Under the pieces are notes generated by a model, which did no database searches, was not told the origin of the DNA, and worked only from the letters and a program-made list of their open reading frames with translations. The position numbers were made by a program, and so were the translations under genes. Positions 42,399-56,749 of a stretch of DNA of 64,000 bases are shown piece after piece (position 1 is the first letter of the stretch; every line of letters starts with the position of its first letter). Source of the DNA: Eledone cirrhosa (Eukaryota); contig OZ024751.1 of the NCBI GenBank assembly GCA_964016885.1, forward strand, positions 46,500,001-46,564,000, written 5' to 3'.

Positions 42399-43673
42399 GT
42401 ACCGCCTGACCGTTGTGCCTTGCCCAAGGGAAACGCTCGCCAAAATGGAGCGCGCACTCTTCCAATTCCTTTGGAAGAAGCGGGCTCCTATGGTGAGGAG
42501 ATCCATCTGCTGTCAACACCCTTCGAAAGGAAGGCTGGGGATGCCGTGGCTGATGATACGTAAACACGCATTAAGGCTACGGCATCTTCAGGTATTCCTC
42601 TCCGGTCAACCGGTGTGGGCCCCGTTTGTGAGGCGAGCCTTTCCCAGACTCGTCTCACTCACCAAGCTGCAATCCTGGGTCAAGCAAAGACCGAGAAAAC
42701 TGGGCGCCTGGCACACCGAGTGTGCCCAGGCGCTCACGGCTCTCTGGCAGGCGGACCCGGCTGTCAGTGGAGAATCCACCTCGTCATTCTATAGCAGGTG
42801 CGACGACGCCCTCGGAGAAGCCCTAGGCATGGAGGAAGACGAACTGGCCAACCTGTTCGGTAGGACATTCAGCCCGGGACCCATGGATAACTTCCAGAGG
42901 TCCCTGGCCTGGCAATGCTACAGAAGGGCTCTGCCCGTTCGAGAAAGGCTCTACAGACACGGGCGCCCGGGTAGGGACCCATCGAAAAAGGTCTGTCCCA
43001 GATGCGTGTGCGACGAGGAAACCGTTGCACACGCATTGGTACACTGCTCGGGCATTGCCGATCTGTGGGGCTATGTCGAACAACTGCTGTCAAGGGTGGG
43101 ACCGATCCGGTTGACCACCGAGTCTATTGTAACGATCAAGCCGCCTCCCCTCTTCAAAAACGAAGGAGAGGCGGTGTTTCTGTGCGTAATAGCCATGGCG
43201 AAAGAGGTTGTATGGTGGACGCGTCTGAAAGGACTGAGGTCAGACACCTTTCTCTCTGGCCAACAACTGGTCCGTTTCTTCCGATATCATTTCGGAAGAA
43301 GGATCAGGATGGAGAGAGCGGTGCTGCACCCCAGCCGTTTCTATGAAAGATGGGTGAAAGTGGCGAGAATGGCCCGTGTGAATGGGCCTTCACTCTACAT
43401 CAGACTATAGGTGAGGAAGATGAAAGACCAAGGGAGCACCCCTTCTCTGTGCTCCTGAGGAGAAGGGTTGCACACTTTTTTCGGGGGTGTGTGCGACCCC
43501 CCAAGGCGCCTCCTCTCCATTGAGGACTTTGTTATAAATTTTATTTTTTGTTATATTTTATTTTATTTTTATATATTGTTATTGCCTCCTCCTTATTGAG
43601 GACGCCTTGTTTTGTAAACTCCCCCCATTGTACTTGTCCCACTTTTGATACCCTGGTGGCAAATAAAAGAAAC
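42399..43673 (+). mobile_element. 5'-truncated L1/Tx1-clade LINE, related subfamily to 2684-4233
   Basis: Open ORF2 C-terminus to 43410, alignable with the first copy (YRLTVVPCP, GPMDNF, CPRC..ETVAHALVHC, ARMARVNGP); AATAAA near the end. Confidence 0.92.
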
Positions 43674-44096
43674 ATATCTATAAACACACAGGTCTATGTA
43701 CAGACATTTATTTATATATATATATTTACCAATGTATCTATCTTCGGAGAAGACCATAATAACAAAGCACAGATCCCAATATCAGTTCGATGATACATAG
43801 AATAAAGTCATCGTAACTTAGTGGATTTGTGTTTGATAATGATAAAAGGAATAAAGTGATTGTAATTGATTTAAATAAATGTAAAATGAAATACGACGAT
43901 AACAGGAGTGACAAGAGGGAGAAGTTCAAGGAAAATCGAGGATTTCAAGCATCTTTATATAGAGTGTTAACCCCGTCATTTTTACGGGTACTATGATTCT
44001 CTCTCTCTCTCGCCCCCTCTCTCTCCCTCTCTCTCTATATATATATAAGTGGATCGACTGTCGATATCTCTTTCTCCCCCCTCTCTCTCTCTATAT

Positions 44097-44165
<69 letters not shown>

Positions 44166-44356
44166 TATATATATCATAAATCATGTCCTTAGAATTATTA
44201 GATAAAATATATACCATTCCCTCTATATTTTATCTAATAATTCTAAGGACATGATTTATGATATATTGCTCTGATTATTTAATTTATTAATTCTTCATTG
44301 AGCCACAACGTGACCGGTTGTCACATATATATCTATGGCTTTATGTATATGTAAAT

Positions 44357-44425
<69 letters not shown>

Positions 44426-44965
44426 AAGAGATATCGACAGTCGATCGACTTTTCGTCAAATCGGACCGAGGAAACAATGTTTCAGATGGTTTTTTCAATT
44501 GCTAATACAATCTATCGGTCGCAACTTCAGGTAGAAGGAGCAACGGGAAATAAAGTGTCTTGCTGAAGGACATCACGCATCGCCCGGTCCAGGAATCGAA
44601 CTCACAACCTCTAGATTGTGAATCCAATTCTCTAACCACTCAACCACGCGCCTTATATAAATACATATATACATACACACAGACACACTCACACATGCAG
44701 ACATGCATACGCACATGCACACATACATATATATGTACAAAATATATATTTGTATACATCCACCCACTACATATCAATATATAGACACACAGACAGACAT
44801 TCACTTCCAGAGTGCCACGTCGACATAACTATAGAAATAACTCCATAGATTGATGAAAGACATAGTTACTGTCGTTTAATTAACTCCACTTTATGCTAAT
44901 TAGACCGTGTCGTCATAATCAGACAACTGAAACAACATTTTATTGACAGTCAACCAAAGAAGATT

Positions 44966-45780
44966 TCACACACATACATACATATACATACATATATATA
45001 CATATACATACATATACATACATATACATACATATACATACATACATACACACATACACACACACACACACACATACATACATACATACATACATATACA
45101 TACATATACATACATATACATACATATACATACATACACACATACATACACATACATACATACATACACACATACATACACGTACATACATACATACACA
45201 CATACATACATACATACATACACATACATACATATACATACATATACATACATATACATACATATACATACATACACACATACATACATACATACATACA
45301 TACACACATACATACACACACACACACATACATACATACATACATATACATACATATACATACATATACATACATATACATACATATACATACATACACA
45401 CACACACATACATACATATACATACATATACATACATATACATACATACATACACACATACATACACACACACATACATATACATACATATACATACATA
45501 TACATACATATACATACATACATACACACATACATACACATACATACATACACACATACATACACACACATACATACATACATACATACATATACATATA
45601 TACACACGCACATACACCCATACATACACACACATACATACATACATATACATACATACATACACACACACACATACATACATACACACATACATACACA
45701 CACATACGTGCACACACACACATACACACATACACACACATACACACGCACACACACTCTCCTTCACACAAACACACACA
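44966..45780. repeat. (CATA/CA)n compound microsatellite
   Basis: Direct reading. Confidence 0.9.
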
Positions 45781-46421
45781 CTCCTACTCTGTCTGTCTAT
45801 CCTCACACACTTTCTCTCAGACATAGCTCCACTCTCCCTCTCTCTCACACACCCCTCTCTCTTTCTCTTACTCTCTTATATACGCACCCTCTTTCTTTCT
45901 CTCATGCTCACAGATCCTGGTCCCCCCCTCTGTCTCTCACACACCTCCCCCTTACACCACACCCTATCTCACACACCTCCCCTTACCCCACACCCTCTCT
46001 TCCTTCCCCTCTCCATCTCTCCCCCTCTCCCCACTCACTCTTTCAACTTTTTCATTCCTTTCTCTTTCACTATTCTCTCTTTTCTTCACCCCCCTCCGTA
46101 TTTTATATACACACTCCTCTGATCATTCTTCTCTCTCTCTCTCTCTTTCTCCCTCTTCTTCCTCCCCTTTCCTTCTCATTCGTCTCTCTCTATATGTTTC
46201 TTCCTTTTTATTTCCCCGTCTCCTTCTCTCCTCTTCCTTTTCTCTCACCATCCTCCTCTTCCTGTCTCACATCCCCACCCTCTTCTCTCCTTACCACCAG
46301 TAACTGCAACCACCCTGAATACACCCCTATACGCACCCACCTCTATTAATCCCCCTCAACTTTCCTTTACCCCCCCCTCCTTTTATCGTTTTAATAAACC
46401 CAACACAACAATTTTACCCAC

Positions 46422-46745
46422 CCGGCACAGAAATGAAGGGGTCGGTCAAGCCCTGGTATTTGGTTATCTTCCGCTTCTCTGCGTTAAGGGCGGCGGTGGA
46501 TGGGTTTGTGGCCGTAGCGATGAGGTTGGAACCAGAGAACATGTTTCACCATGTGGTATCCCAGATTAATGATTTACACCAAAAGAGTTATCCCGCCTTG
46601 GAATCTACCGTCACCACAGTCAAGCCGAGAGACCGTAAAACGACCATGTCAAGCCTCCTTCTCGTACTTTCGTTCAAGGCGGTGTATCGAGGAAACTAAC
46701 CTGCACTATAGCAACAAGAATGCGGACGTAGTCTAACCCAAGGGA
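46422..46745 (-). mobile_element. Degenerate CRE-like non-LTR retrotransposon, CCHC/RLE region
   Basis: Minus-strand frames read PHSCCYSAG*FPRYTALNE, LDCGDGRFQGGITL and KSLIWDTT..FSGSNL...AALNAEKRKITKYQGL, matching the CRE-type pattern HxLSC..SAGR.PRH..LND/GDGKRPDG.T/L.WD.T/AA..AE..K..KY. Confidence 0.72.
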
Positions 46746-47079
46746 AATAACCGAAAAAAAAATCACCATGCTTCTCTTTTTTGTTTCCCTTCTTCTCGCT
46801 CTTTGTTGGCTTTTTACAGAAGATCAAACATTGATATTTTAACGAGGCACTTGGTTAATATTTGTAGGGTTAGATGGAAGGCAGGGTGTTACAATTGATT
46901 GTAATCAACCAAGTGTATTACTGGTACTTATGTTTTTATTGTGGGATACCTAGACTAGAAAATACCAATGACTGAACACGGTAGAATTTTAAATAGAAAT
47001 AGCGAGGAATTCTTTCGTGTTTTTACCATTTAACTGATTTCAGTCATTATATTGGAACTGTATAGTACTCTATAACATC

Positions 47080-47235
47080 AAATGGCTGAAGAAGATCAGA
47101 AACGAAGATCTGTGGGAACGAGTGGGACAGAAACCTGTTCAAAGCAGATTCTGCAGAGAAAGTGGAACTGGATTGATGCACCCTCAAGAAACCACCACCA
47201 AACAACACACAACAAGCCATGACCTGTAACCCCTC
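47080..47235 (+). mobile_element. Short degenerate RTE LINE 3' coding fragment
   Basis: Reads IRNEDLWERVGQKPV...KWNWI...NP. Confidence 0.55.
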
Positions 47236-47892
47236 CCCAACTCAGTTTATGAGTTTATCTCCTTGTATTTTATTTTCTCTTCGTTCAATGTTCTCAGCTA
47301 TCACCCCCCCCCACACACATACAGAGGATAGCTGAAATCTGTCTTGCATTTAGCAGGTCACTATAATTATTTTAATAATAATAATAATAATAGTTTCATT
47401 TATTGGCCACTAATAATATATATATATATATATATATGTATATAATCCGTGTACAGATATGAATTTACATTATATGTATATAGTCTGAGTTCAAATCCTG
47501 TCGAGGTTAACTTTGCCTTTCACCCTTACGGGGTCGATAAAATAAAGCACCTTGTGCCTATACTAGAAATCATTTGGATTGGCAGTATCGGTAGAGGGTC
47601 GGACGCCATGCTTTCCAGCATAGTTACGTCCCTTTACAATCTGAGTTCAAATCCCGCCGAGGTTGACTTTGCCTTTCATCCTTACGGGGTCGATAAAATA
47701 AAGTACCAGTAATGCACTGGGTAATTGCTGGCCTTGTGCCTAAAGTAGAAACAATTATATGTATATAGTCATAATGTATATAGTCATATTTACAATCTCC
47801 GATAGAAGAAACGGGATTTATTTGATATATCACCGCTTCCCTCTCCTCTAGATTAACATTTAGAGTTATCTACCTTGATTATAACCTTCAAA

Positions 47893-47951
47893 ATGGCTGC
47901 CACTGTCAGGCTTCTTGGATGTCGTCGATTAATAAACTGCCTGACATCAAG
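47893..47951 (+). CDS. NDUFS4: NDUFS4 coding exon 1 (mitochondrial targeting peptide)
   Basis: caaaATGGCT start, AAG|gtattg donor, phase 2 matches exon 2. Assigned by phase and composition, not by strong homology. Confidence 0.8.
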
Positions 47952-50900
47952 GTATTGTTTTCCTCTTTTTCTTTCTCTCAATGTATGTATAACAGATCCA
48001 ATATATATTTTCGCATGTATATACTTCCCCTTTTAGCTGATCTCCGCAACTTTAATATTACACTCTATACTCCGTTATACGCATTTAGCTCTGTGGCGTG
48101 TTTAGAAATTAATTACTTATTGTTTTACTATCACTAGAGTAAATCATTTTTCCAACCTTGTCTCTATCTTTATATATATATTAAACGATTTATGTTAAGT
48201 TATTTACTTTAAAATGGAGCCTCTGTCTAGCTTATAGAAATGTTGTTTACAAGGTCACATACATGTTTATGCCTAAATATTCCTTTTGTCCTCGCCACGA
48301 ACAATTTGTTTATTTTTTAGTTAAAAAAAAAACAACCCCTCAGCAATATATATATATATTTTTCATCGTAATTTTAAAACTAAAACGAAAGCCATTTATT
48401 CCATTATGCATCACAACTTGTGGGTATTATTGACTATAGATCTCTTTGGAAGAATATGAAAATACCTCGTCCGATTCATCGGATTTATTGTGTATATATT
48501 CGTTAGGGTTAATTATTATTATAAGCTTTCTTCACAAGTGACCCTCGGAGTCTCCTCACTTTTGGGCAATTTGTTATGTTTGACTTTTTAAATGTTTATT
48601 TTCTTTTATAAATTTTATGTTTAGTTTCTGTTATAAATTTTATTTTACACCCCCCCCCCCCTCAATAACAACAAACATCACCCCCAAAACAACAACAACA
48701 AAACACACACACTAAATCATCCTGTGCCGTCGTTAATATTGGCTAATAATTATTATTTTTAGAATATTTACTAAGCCACAGATTGTGGGAGATATATATA
48801 GTCTCTATATACATTGGCCCCAGTTTTTGGCAGGTACATATTTAATCAAGTTTGGCATGATAAAGAACAAACTGAGAATGTACTGGAATATAACTAAGTA
48901 TTACATGGCATTTTACCATTATTGTTACCCATCACCCTTAAAATACTCGATGGATAGATTTTAATTGAATACTGCAAGTTAGGGAATTACATTTCAATTA
49001 TATAGTTCTGACTATATATAGGAGTAAGACACTTGTCTCACAACGGGATATTTCATCTAACCCATGCTAGCGTGGAAAAGTGGGCGTTAAACGATGATGA
49101 TGATAGTTATACCATCATCATCGTTTAACGTCCATTTTCATGCTAGCATGGGTTAGACGAGTTTTCCTGTTGTGAGCAATACCAGGTTAAGTGACCATGT
49201 CTTGCTCATACAGAACCGATTCTGGTTTGGTTTCTACAGCTGGATGTCCTTCCTAACACCAACCTCATTTACAGTGAGCGCTGGGTGCTTTTTGTTGTGA
49301 CACCGACACAATCACTTTACAGTGTGGGCTGGAGGCTTATAGCTCTGTATAATCCCTGTAGTATGTACTTAGATATGAGCTATCAACAGCCCTGAGGAAA
49401 TTACCTAACCAAGCGATAGTAACTGTAATGATGATGGTGTGCGCTAGTCTTTCCCTGACACTGTCTACCCTACCAATAGTTTGTGATTGTAACTTAAAGT
49501 AATATGTATCAGTGCTAGTATTACTGCAGTTCTCTTTATTATTCACAGTAAAGAACATGGTCCTTAGGATTAGTTCCTAGTTTTTTTTTCTTTTTCTTTT
49601 TCAGGCATCTGTGGGACAGGTGTTAGTATTAATTTAGGCAGCAGATTTACATGTTTGATATCAAACTGCCCACAGTTCTATGATAAAAAAACTTTAATTT
49701 GAAAGTGCTTGTATTTATCTAAAAACCTTTCATCACAATTATATGTAAAATCCTAAATTAAACACTAGCTCAATAAGAAAAATATATTCCTAAATCTCTC
49801 CAAATTTTAATTATTTTCAAATTTATTAAAAAAAATTCATATAGAATTATTAAAAAAATTACTAAAAATTCATTATAAATTTGCCAATGAAAGGGTTAAG
49901 TATCTCTCATTGAAAAACATGAATGATGGTTCTTTAGAGCTTCTACACAGTCTTCGTCTACCAAATTTCATTAATAAAGCTTTAATTGAGCCACGGCTGA
50001 ACCTGCTGCCTAATGGTCAGGATGTTTGACATACGATCATAATGTCTTTGGTTCGAATCTTGGACTGGCTGCTGTTTTGTGTTCTTCAGCAAAACACTTT
50101 ATTCCACGCTGCTCTTGTACATTTAGCTGAGATTGAATACCAAGAATAGCTGGGGAGTTACACCTATGATAGACCAACATCCTATCCAGGGAAAGTCTTG
50201 TACTCTCAGTCACATAATGCCAAGGAAACCGTGGATAAGCACCAGCCTGATGAGCCTCTGGCTTAGAACAGACATTAACTTTAACTATGGTAAATGACAC
50301 TTAACCTAAGGTGGTGTGTGTGTGTCATGGATCTGTTTATAGGAGACACCAACTGTCAACTTTAAATGAATGTTTGAATGTCTTCTCTTTATATTTCAGG
50401 TCATTTAACACAGATAAACCTGTTCCAATCCAAGTTCCTCCCAAAGATCAAGATGCTTCTATCTTGGTAGAAGAAAATGTAAGTCAGACAACACTTTATC
50501 ATATCCAGTCCCCTTTGGTTTCACTTCATTTGGCCCCTCTCTTACTTCACTTGGCTCCACTCACACTTCACTTGGCTCCACTCACACTTCACTTGGCTCC
50601 ACTCACACTTCACTTGGCGCCACTCTCACTCCTTTATGTGCCATCTGCTGCTCCTTGCTCCACCCCCTTATTTTGACACTGCAGTGTTGGTGCCACAATA
50701 AAAACGCACCCAGTACACTCTGAAGTGGTTGATGATCAAAACTAAGACAACATAGAGTTAAAAACTCTTCAGTCATATTGAAGACTTGACATTCTCTCTA
50801 GTGCTTGTCTAATGGTAAAATATACTCAGTACCATGTGTAAAGTGGTTGGTGTTAAGATGGGTACACAGCTATAGAAACCTTGTCAAAATTGGAATGTAG

Positions 50901-53900
50901 GATCAAGACATGGATCTCTGACCCATCTAGGGTAATTCTGAACAAGATCTAGGGAAAAAAAAAGAGATTGATTGACTTTCGTCAAATTGGACCGAGGAAA
51001 CAATGTTTCCGTTGGTCTTTCCAGTTGCTAGTACTATCTATAGGTTGCAAATCCAGGTAGAAGGAGCAACGTGAAATAAAGTGTCTTGCTCAAGGACATA
51101 ATGCATCACCCAGTCCAGGAATCGAACTCACAACCTCAAGATTGTGAATCCAATTCTCTAACCACTCAACCATACGCCTTCACAAGATCTAACTTGAGCT
51201 GTAAAATCCTGTCCAGCCCAAGTGAGCATGGAAAGTGGGGTGTAAATTTATGATAATTGGAGCAGGGGACAATAAATGCTTAGATGCTCTGAAAAAGATG
51301 ATGAATAAAACCTTTTCTTTTTCAGAAATCATTAATCTTGACCCTTAATTTTTCTTCTGTAGGTTGATCTCTCTCCCTTAAATGGGCTTCCTGACGAACA
51401 CGTGAAGACACGCTTGGCTCGTATTTACGTACCAGCACGTAATGCCATGCAGAGTGGTAGCTTTGGTACCCGGAGGTGGATGATAGAATTAGACACCCGA
51501 GAAAGATGGGAGAATCCTCTCATGGGTTGGTGTTCCACGTAAGTGTTTTGATTTTCATTCTCTCTGCAAGTACGGTTGTATGGTTAAGAAGTTCACCTCG
51601 CAATCATAGGCTTTCAGGATTGATGTCACTCGGTGACACCCTGGGCTGGTGACCCCATTGCTATAGATTCAGGTTGACTAATGTTTTCTGAATCAAATTT
51701 GGTAGAAGGAGACTATAAGGAAGCCTGTCGTGTATGAATTTATATATACATTTGTATTCTGTTACCTGAATATATATATATGTATATAATAATAGTTATT
51801 TCTACATTTGGCACAAGATCGACATAAATATAATAATAATTGTAAGTATGGGTTTATCAAATATTAATAATAATATTCGATTCGTTTAATAATTGTTTCT
51901 ACTTTTGGCACAAGGTCAGCAATCATCCCAGTGTATTACTGGTACTTTATTTTATCGACCCCGTAAGGATGAAAGGCAAAGTTAACCTCGGCAGGATTTG
52001 AACTCAGACCATAAAGGGCTGTAACTCTTTGCTGCAAAGCATGGCGGCCGTAACTCTTTGCTGCAATTCGTTTAATAATTGTTTCTACTTTAGGCACAAG
52101 GCCAGCAATTACCCAGTGCATTACTGGTACTTTATTTTATCGACCCCGTAAGGATGAAAGGCAAAGTCAACCTCGGCGGGATTTGAACTCAGATCGTAAA
52201 GGGACGTAACTATGCTGGAAAGCATTCGTTTAATAATAGTAATGAACATGATAAAAATCACCCAGCCCACACTGTAAAGTAGTTGTGTGGGTGTCGCAAC
52301 AAAAAATCATCCAATCCACATTGTAAAGTGGTCGTGTAGGTGTCATGATAAAATGCACCCAGTCCACCCTGTAAAGTGGTCGTGTGAGTGTGTGTCACAA
52401 CAAAAAGCACCAAGCACACACTAAATGTGGTTGGTAACCATAGAAATCAAGCCCAAATCAGTCCTGTATGAGTAAGACACGGTCATCTGATCTGGCTTAT
52501 TTCACAGTGAGACAACTCGTCTAATTCATGCTAGCGTGGAAAAACGAATGTTAAATAGTGATCATGATGGTATCTCATCATCATTTAATGTTTATTTTCC
52601 CTGCTAGCATGTCAGTTTTCAAGTGGAGCTGCTGACCACTGGGATAGGCTGGCGGCCTGCATGTTGCTTATTTATGTTTCCACACCACACCCACCCTACC
52701 AAATGCTTGGGTGGAGTCCTGCATCTCACTTACGGAACATTCCCATGTTCTTCCAAGTGCTTTTTCTCATGGCACTAGCACTATAGATAGACAATAACAG
52801 CAACAGCAACATGTGGAAGGCGCGGATGCGGGGTGGTGAAACAATAACAACTGTAACAACAACAACAACAAGAAGCTGTTAATATCAATTTTGTTTGATT
52901 TGTAGAGCTGATCCTTTGTCAAACATGCAACTGGATTTTGCCTCTTCCGAAGAAGCAATGGACTTTTGTGAGAAGAATGGTAAATATATTATTAAATTGA
53001 TTGATCTTTCTTATTTCTTATTTTATTGATTGTAGCTATGAGAATTAATAGAGTTGGCAGTGCTAGTGCCACAATAAAGTGCACCCAGTACACTCTGTAA
53101 AGTGGTATTGCTGGTGCCACAATAAAGTGCACCCAGTACACTCTGTAAAGTGGTAGTGCTGGTGCCACAATAAAGTGCACCCAGTACACTCTGTAAAGTG
53201 GTAGTGCTGGTGCCACAATAAAGTGCACCCAGTACATTCTGTAAAGTGGAAATACTGATACCATATTAAAATGGACTCAGAACCCTCTGTAAAGGGATAG
53301 GGCTGATTCCACACAATAAAATGTACCCAGTACACTCTGTAAAGTACTATTGCTGCTGTCATATTAAAATGTATCTAGTACACTTAGTAACGTGGTTGGC
53401 ATTATGAAGGCTATCCAGCCTTTGAAACCATGCCAAAAATGGAACATATAAGCAAGACATGGTCCCTTGACTCATCTGGTATCTGACTGTGACAGCTTTC
53501 CCAACTTATGCCAACATAGGAAACAGTTGTAACATGTGATGCTGTTAGATTAGGCATGGGCAACCTTTTTTGAGCAGTGAGTCACATAGATGGGCTGCAT
53601 AGGATGTGACTCAGCAGTAGGCAAGTAGCATAGGATGTGGCTCACTATAAGGTGGGCTGGATAGGATGTGGCTCAGCATAAGTTGGGCTGCATAGGATGT
53701 GGCTCAGCAAGGCAGGCTGCATAGGATGTGGCTCAGCATAAGGTGGGATACATAGGATGTGGCTCAGCCATAAAGTGGGCCACTCTACTAAAAAAAATTC
53801 AAGGCAAATTTGAAATTAGGAGTGCTATATTATGTGTAAGAAATGTGCAAAAATCCAAACCTTATTTACATAGAATTTGAAGTTATGGAAAATTGTCAAA

Positions 53901-54135
53901 ATATTGAACCTAAATATACGACAACCCCCCTTCTACCATCGACTTTTGGCCACATATTTCTCCGTTTATATTTGAGTGTATATTTTCCATTGTGGAAATG
54001 ATCATTTTTTCTCATTCTTCAATTCTTCTAGGCTGGGAATTTTTCATGGAACCCAAACAGGAGAGAACTCACAAGAAGAAGTCTTATGCTGCAAATTTCT
54101 CTTGGGACAAGAGGACTAGAAGAAGTTGTAAATAA
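47893..54135 (+). CDS. NDUFS4: NADH:ubiquinone oxidoreductase subunit S4 (mitochondrial complex I 18 kDa), 5 coding exons: 47893-47951, 50400-50478, 51363-51538, 52906-52979, 54032-54135
   Basis: Spliced translation [163 protein letters not shown]. It has the NDUFS4 motifs [23 protein letters not shown] and SYxxNFSWxKRTR. All introns are GT-AG with compatible phases (2,0,2,1). The N-terminus is Arg-rich, like a mitochondrial targeting peptide. Confidence 0.96.
50400..50478 (+). CDS. NDUFS4: NDUFS4 exon 2
   Basis: tttcag| acceptor, |gtaagt donor, in frame with exon 3. Confidence 0.88.
51363..51538 (+). CDS. NDUFS4: NDUFS4 exon 3
   Basis: Encodes PARNAMQSG...[15 protein letters not shown]; ctgtag| and |gtaagt boundaries. 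Confidence 0.97.
52906..52979 (+). CDS. NDUFS4: NDUFS4 exon 4
   Basis: Encodes [24 protein letters not shown]; ttgtag| and |gtaaat boundaries. Confidence 0.96.
53060..53400 (+). repeat. 48-bp tandem repeat derived from a dispersed repeat (relatives ~49050-49330, 50680-50900, 52250-52610)
   Basis: Unit gtgctggtgccacaataaagtgcacccagtacactctgtaaagtggta; in NDUFS4 intron 4. Confidence 0.8.
53590..53780 (+). repeat. ~30-bp minisatellite (gggctgcataggatgtggctcagcataag)
   Basis: About 6 imperfect units. Confidence 0.75.
54032..54135 (+). CDS. NDUFS4: NDUFS4 exon 5 (stop TAA)
   Basis: Encodes WEFFMEP...[18 protein letters not shown]; ttctag| acceptor. Confidence 0.96.
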
Positions 54136-54200
54136 ATTACTGAAGTGAATCCAACAAACGTTTTAGTTTCACTGTGACCTGGGCAGTATCTCAGAGAGTG

Positions 54201-54241
<41 letters not shown>

Positions 54242-54323
54242 TATATTATATATATATATTATATATCAGGAACAACTTAGTCTCTGGTAATGGTTATTTT
54301 TTTTTATAGTTTTGGAAATTTCA

Positions 54324-54329
54324 AATAAA
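54324..54329 (+). terminator. Candidate polyadenylation signal of NDUFS4
   Basis: AATAAA about 190 nt after the stop codon, followed by T-rich sequence. Confidence 0.5.
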
Positions 54330-56631
54330 TTCTTGTGAAAATCAATAAGGAATTTGGTTCATTTTTCTTGATTCTTCTCGGTTTCCAGGGCTCACTATGA
54401 GGAGGTCGATAAACTTAGGCCCTTAAATCTCATCACTGGATGTCTCCATTCTACACCAACTGAATATCTATTTGTGCTCTCAGGCATTGCTCCTGCACCC
54501 CTTCATCACAGGCATACATATGTTGATAACCATGGCCTCAATAGAGCCAAGTCACATGCTCCATGGCAGCATCACACACACATGTATGTTGATAACAAAT
54601 GCCTCAATAGACTCATCATATGCTCCATGACAGTGTCACATACACATACCCCTGGGTCTTCTGCCGGTTGGTTTTTTCCGTAAAATCTGTCCAGTGATTC
54701 TTTCCTTAGACATTCTAACCATATGCCCATAGTACCAGTAATGTATTGGGTATTTACTGGTCTTGTGCCAAAAGTAGAAACATAGGAATCAGAGCTGTGA
54801 TCTCAATTCGGAGAAGTAGTGGCTCTACCTGGAGTGACTCTCTGATTCCTGAGCTACACATCATTAAAAACATCACTATTATCATGTTAACCATCATGGT
54901 TCAGATGATATTATGTGATGTAGTATGTGGTGGTGATATTAACACATGCTTAAGATCTCATGCAATGGGATTGAGCCTAGGACCTCATGGGGTATCAAGC
55001 AAATTTCTTAATGAGTCAGCCATACCTATGTTCACATGTAAGTAGATATCACTGTGGTCTAAAGTATAGGCTGCAGTTGAGATGTACAGTCCACTTAGCT
55101 GTGTATAGATACCACAGATGATGTACACAGTCCACCTAGTTGTATATAGGTACTATACAGTCCACTGAGCTGTATAGAGGTACAACTCTGTAGTCCACCT
55201 AGCTGTATAGAGGTACCACTCTACAGACTTGAAGCAGTGGTTGGTTTTGTTATTCAGCATTATTAAAAGGAAGGTGATGAGCAGTGGATTGGCAGTAATC
55301 GGTAGAGCATCGGACACCCTTTGCAGCGTATAAGTTACGTCTCTTTACGTTCTTAGTTCAAATCTGCCAAGGTTAACTTTGGCTTTTATCCTTACGGGGT
55401 CGATAATATATAATACCAGTCATGCACTGGGGTCAATTTAATCGACTTCCCCCCCAAATTGCTGATATTGTGCCTAAATAAAAAAAAACATTATTAAAGC
55501 GAAAGTGACGGGCAGTGAATTGGTAGAATCGGTAGAGCAACTGACAGAATACTTTCTGTCATTTAGTTACGGCCATTTAGGTTTTGATTTCAAATCCTGC
55601 TGAGGTCAAGCGTGAAGTACTGTGGTCGGTGTAATCAATTTATTCATCCGCTCCAAATTGCTGGCCTTGTGCCGAAATTAGACACCATTATTAAAATCAA
55701 ACTACTTCATTGGCTAGAAGACAGCAGGAAAGATTCGTGGAGTAGTCTCCCTTGAGATCAAGGAAGGGACGTTACTTTTATAATTTATGTTGTCTAGTCA
55801 ACCCAGCAGACTTATCACCATAATATATTCCTGTTATGACCAGCCTATTTTTTTTTTTAAATTTAGACACAGTGTATCTAGGACTACATTATCTAATGTG
55901 TCTTGCTTGATAAAAAAAGTTGGTCGAGTGTGATTTAATTGAGAATTGGCTGCTGTTTCTAACAGTTCTAGCAACCACTTGCTGGCTCGTTACAACGTCG
56001 TTTTGTTTAGCACCAGTCAAGCGACGAACGAACGCATATACCATCTAAAGCCTTCCAACCATAACCATCACACCATTTTTGTGTATAACAGGGAGTATAG
56101 TGTTTAGTGTGTCGTTCCATTTATTTGATATGTTAGGATGTGATTGAGGAAGACTTAACTGCTATTTCTAGTCACTGGTTTATCATAATTGGGAGCGTCG
56201 GACAGCGCTTTGGGGCATAAAGTTACGGCCCTGAACATTCTGAGTTCAAACCTGCCGAGGTTAATATTGCTTTTAATCCTTAAAGTACCAGTAATGCACT
56301 GGTGTCAATGTAATCGTCCCCATTCCACCCCTCCATATGTGAGTCCCGGGTTCTAATTGGGGGAGGGAGGGGGGGGGGGGTAACCACAGTAAGTAAGGTA
56401 TTCAATACATAGGAGAGTTAATACAAATTTTATATATGTCTTCTACAGGCTTTCCTGATGATTTCCTTCGAATGAAACAGCTCTAGCCCTGTAGAAGCCA
56501 TATATATAAAAGAATGAAGTGTTCATTCTACTGACATGGCTTTAAAAATGAGGCTTGTTTGTATAATTGCAAACGAATCGAATGTTATTATTAATATTCG
56601 AAAAATTCAGATTACATTTATTATATATACA

Positions 56632-56685
<54 letters not shown>

Positions 56686-56749
56686 AGTGTCTGTCCTTAG
56701 GGCATCAACATACGTTAACCAATATAAATATATATATATATATATATAT

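Noticed and set aside
46433-46699. 88-aa plus-strand ORF
   Set aside because: Antisense shadow of the CRE-like remnant
50311-50676. 121-aa ORF with LHLAPLT repeats
   Set aside because: Read-through of NDUFS4 exon 2 into an intronic 21-bp minisatellite
53060-53400. CRISPR-like array
   Set aside because: Contiguous tandem units without unique spacers, inside a eukaryotic intron
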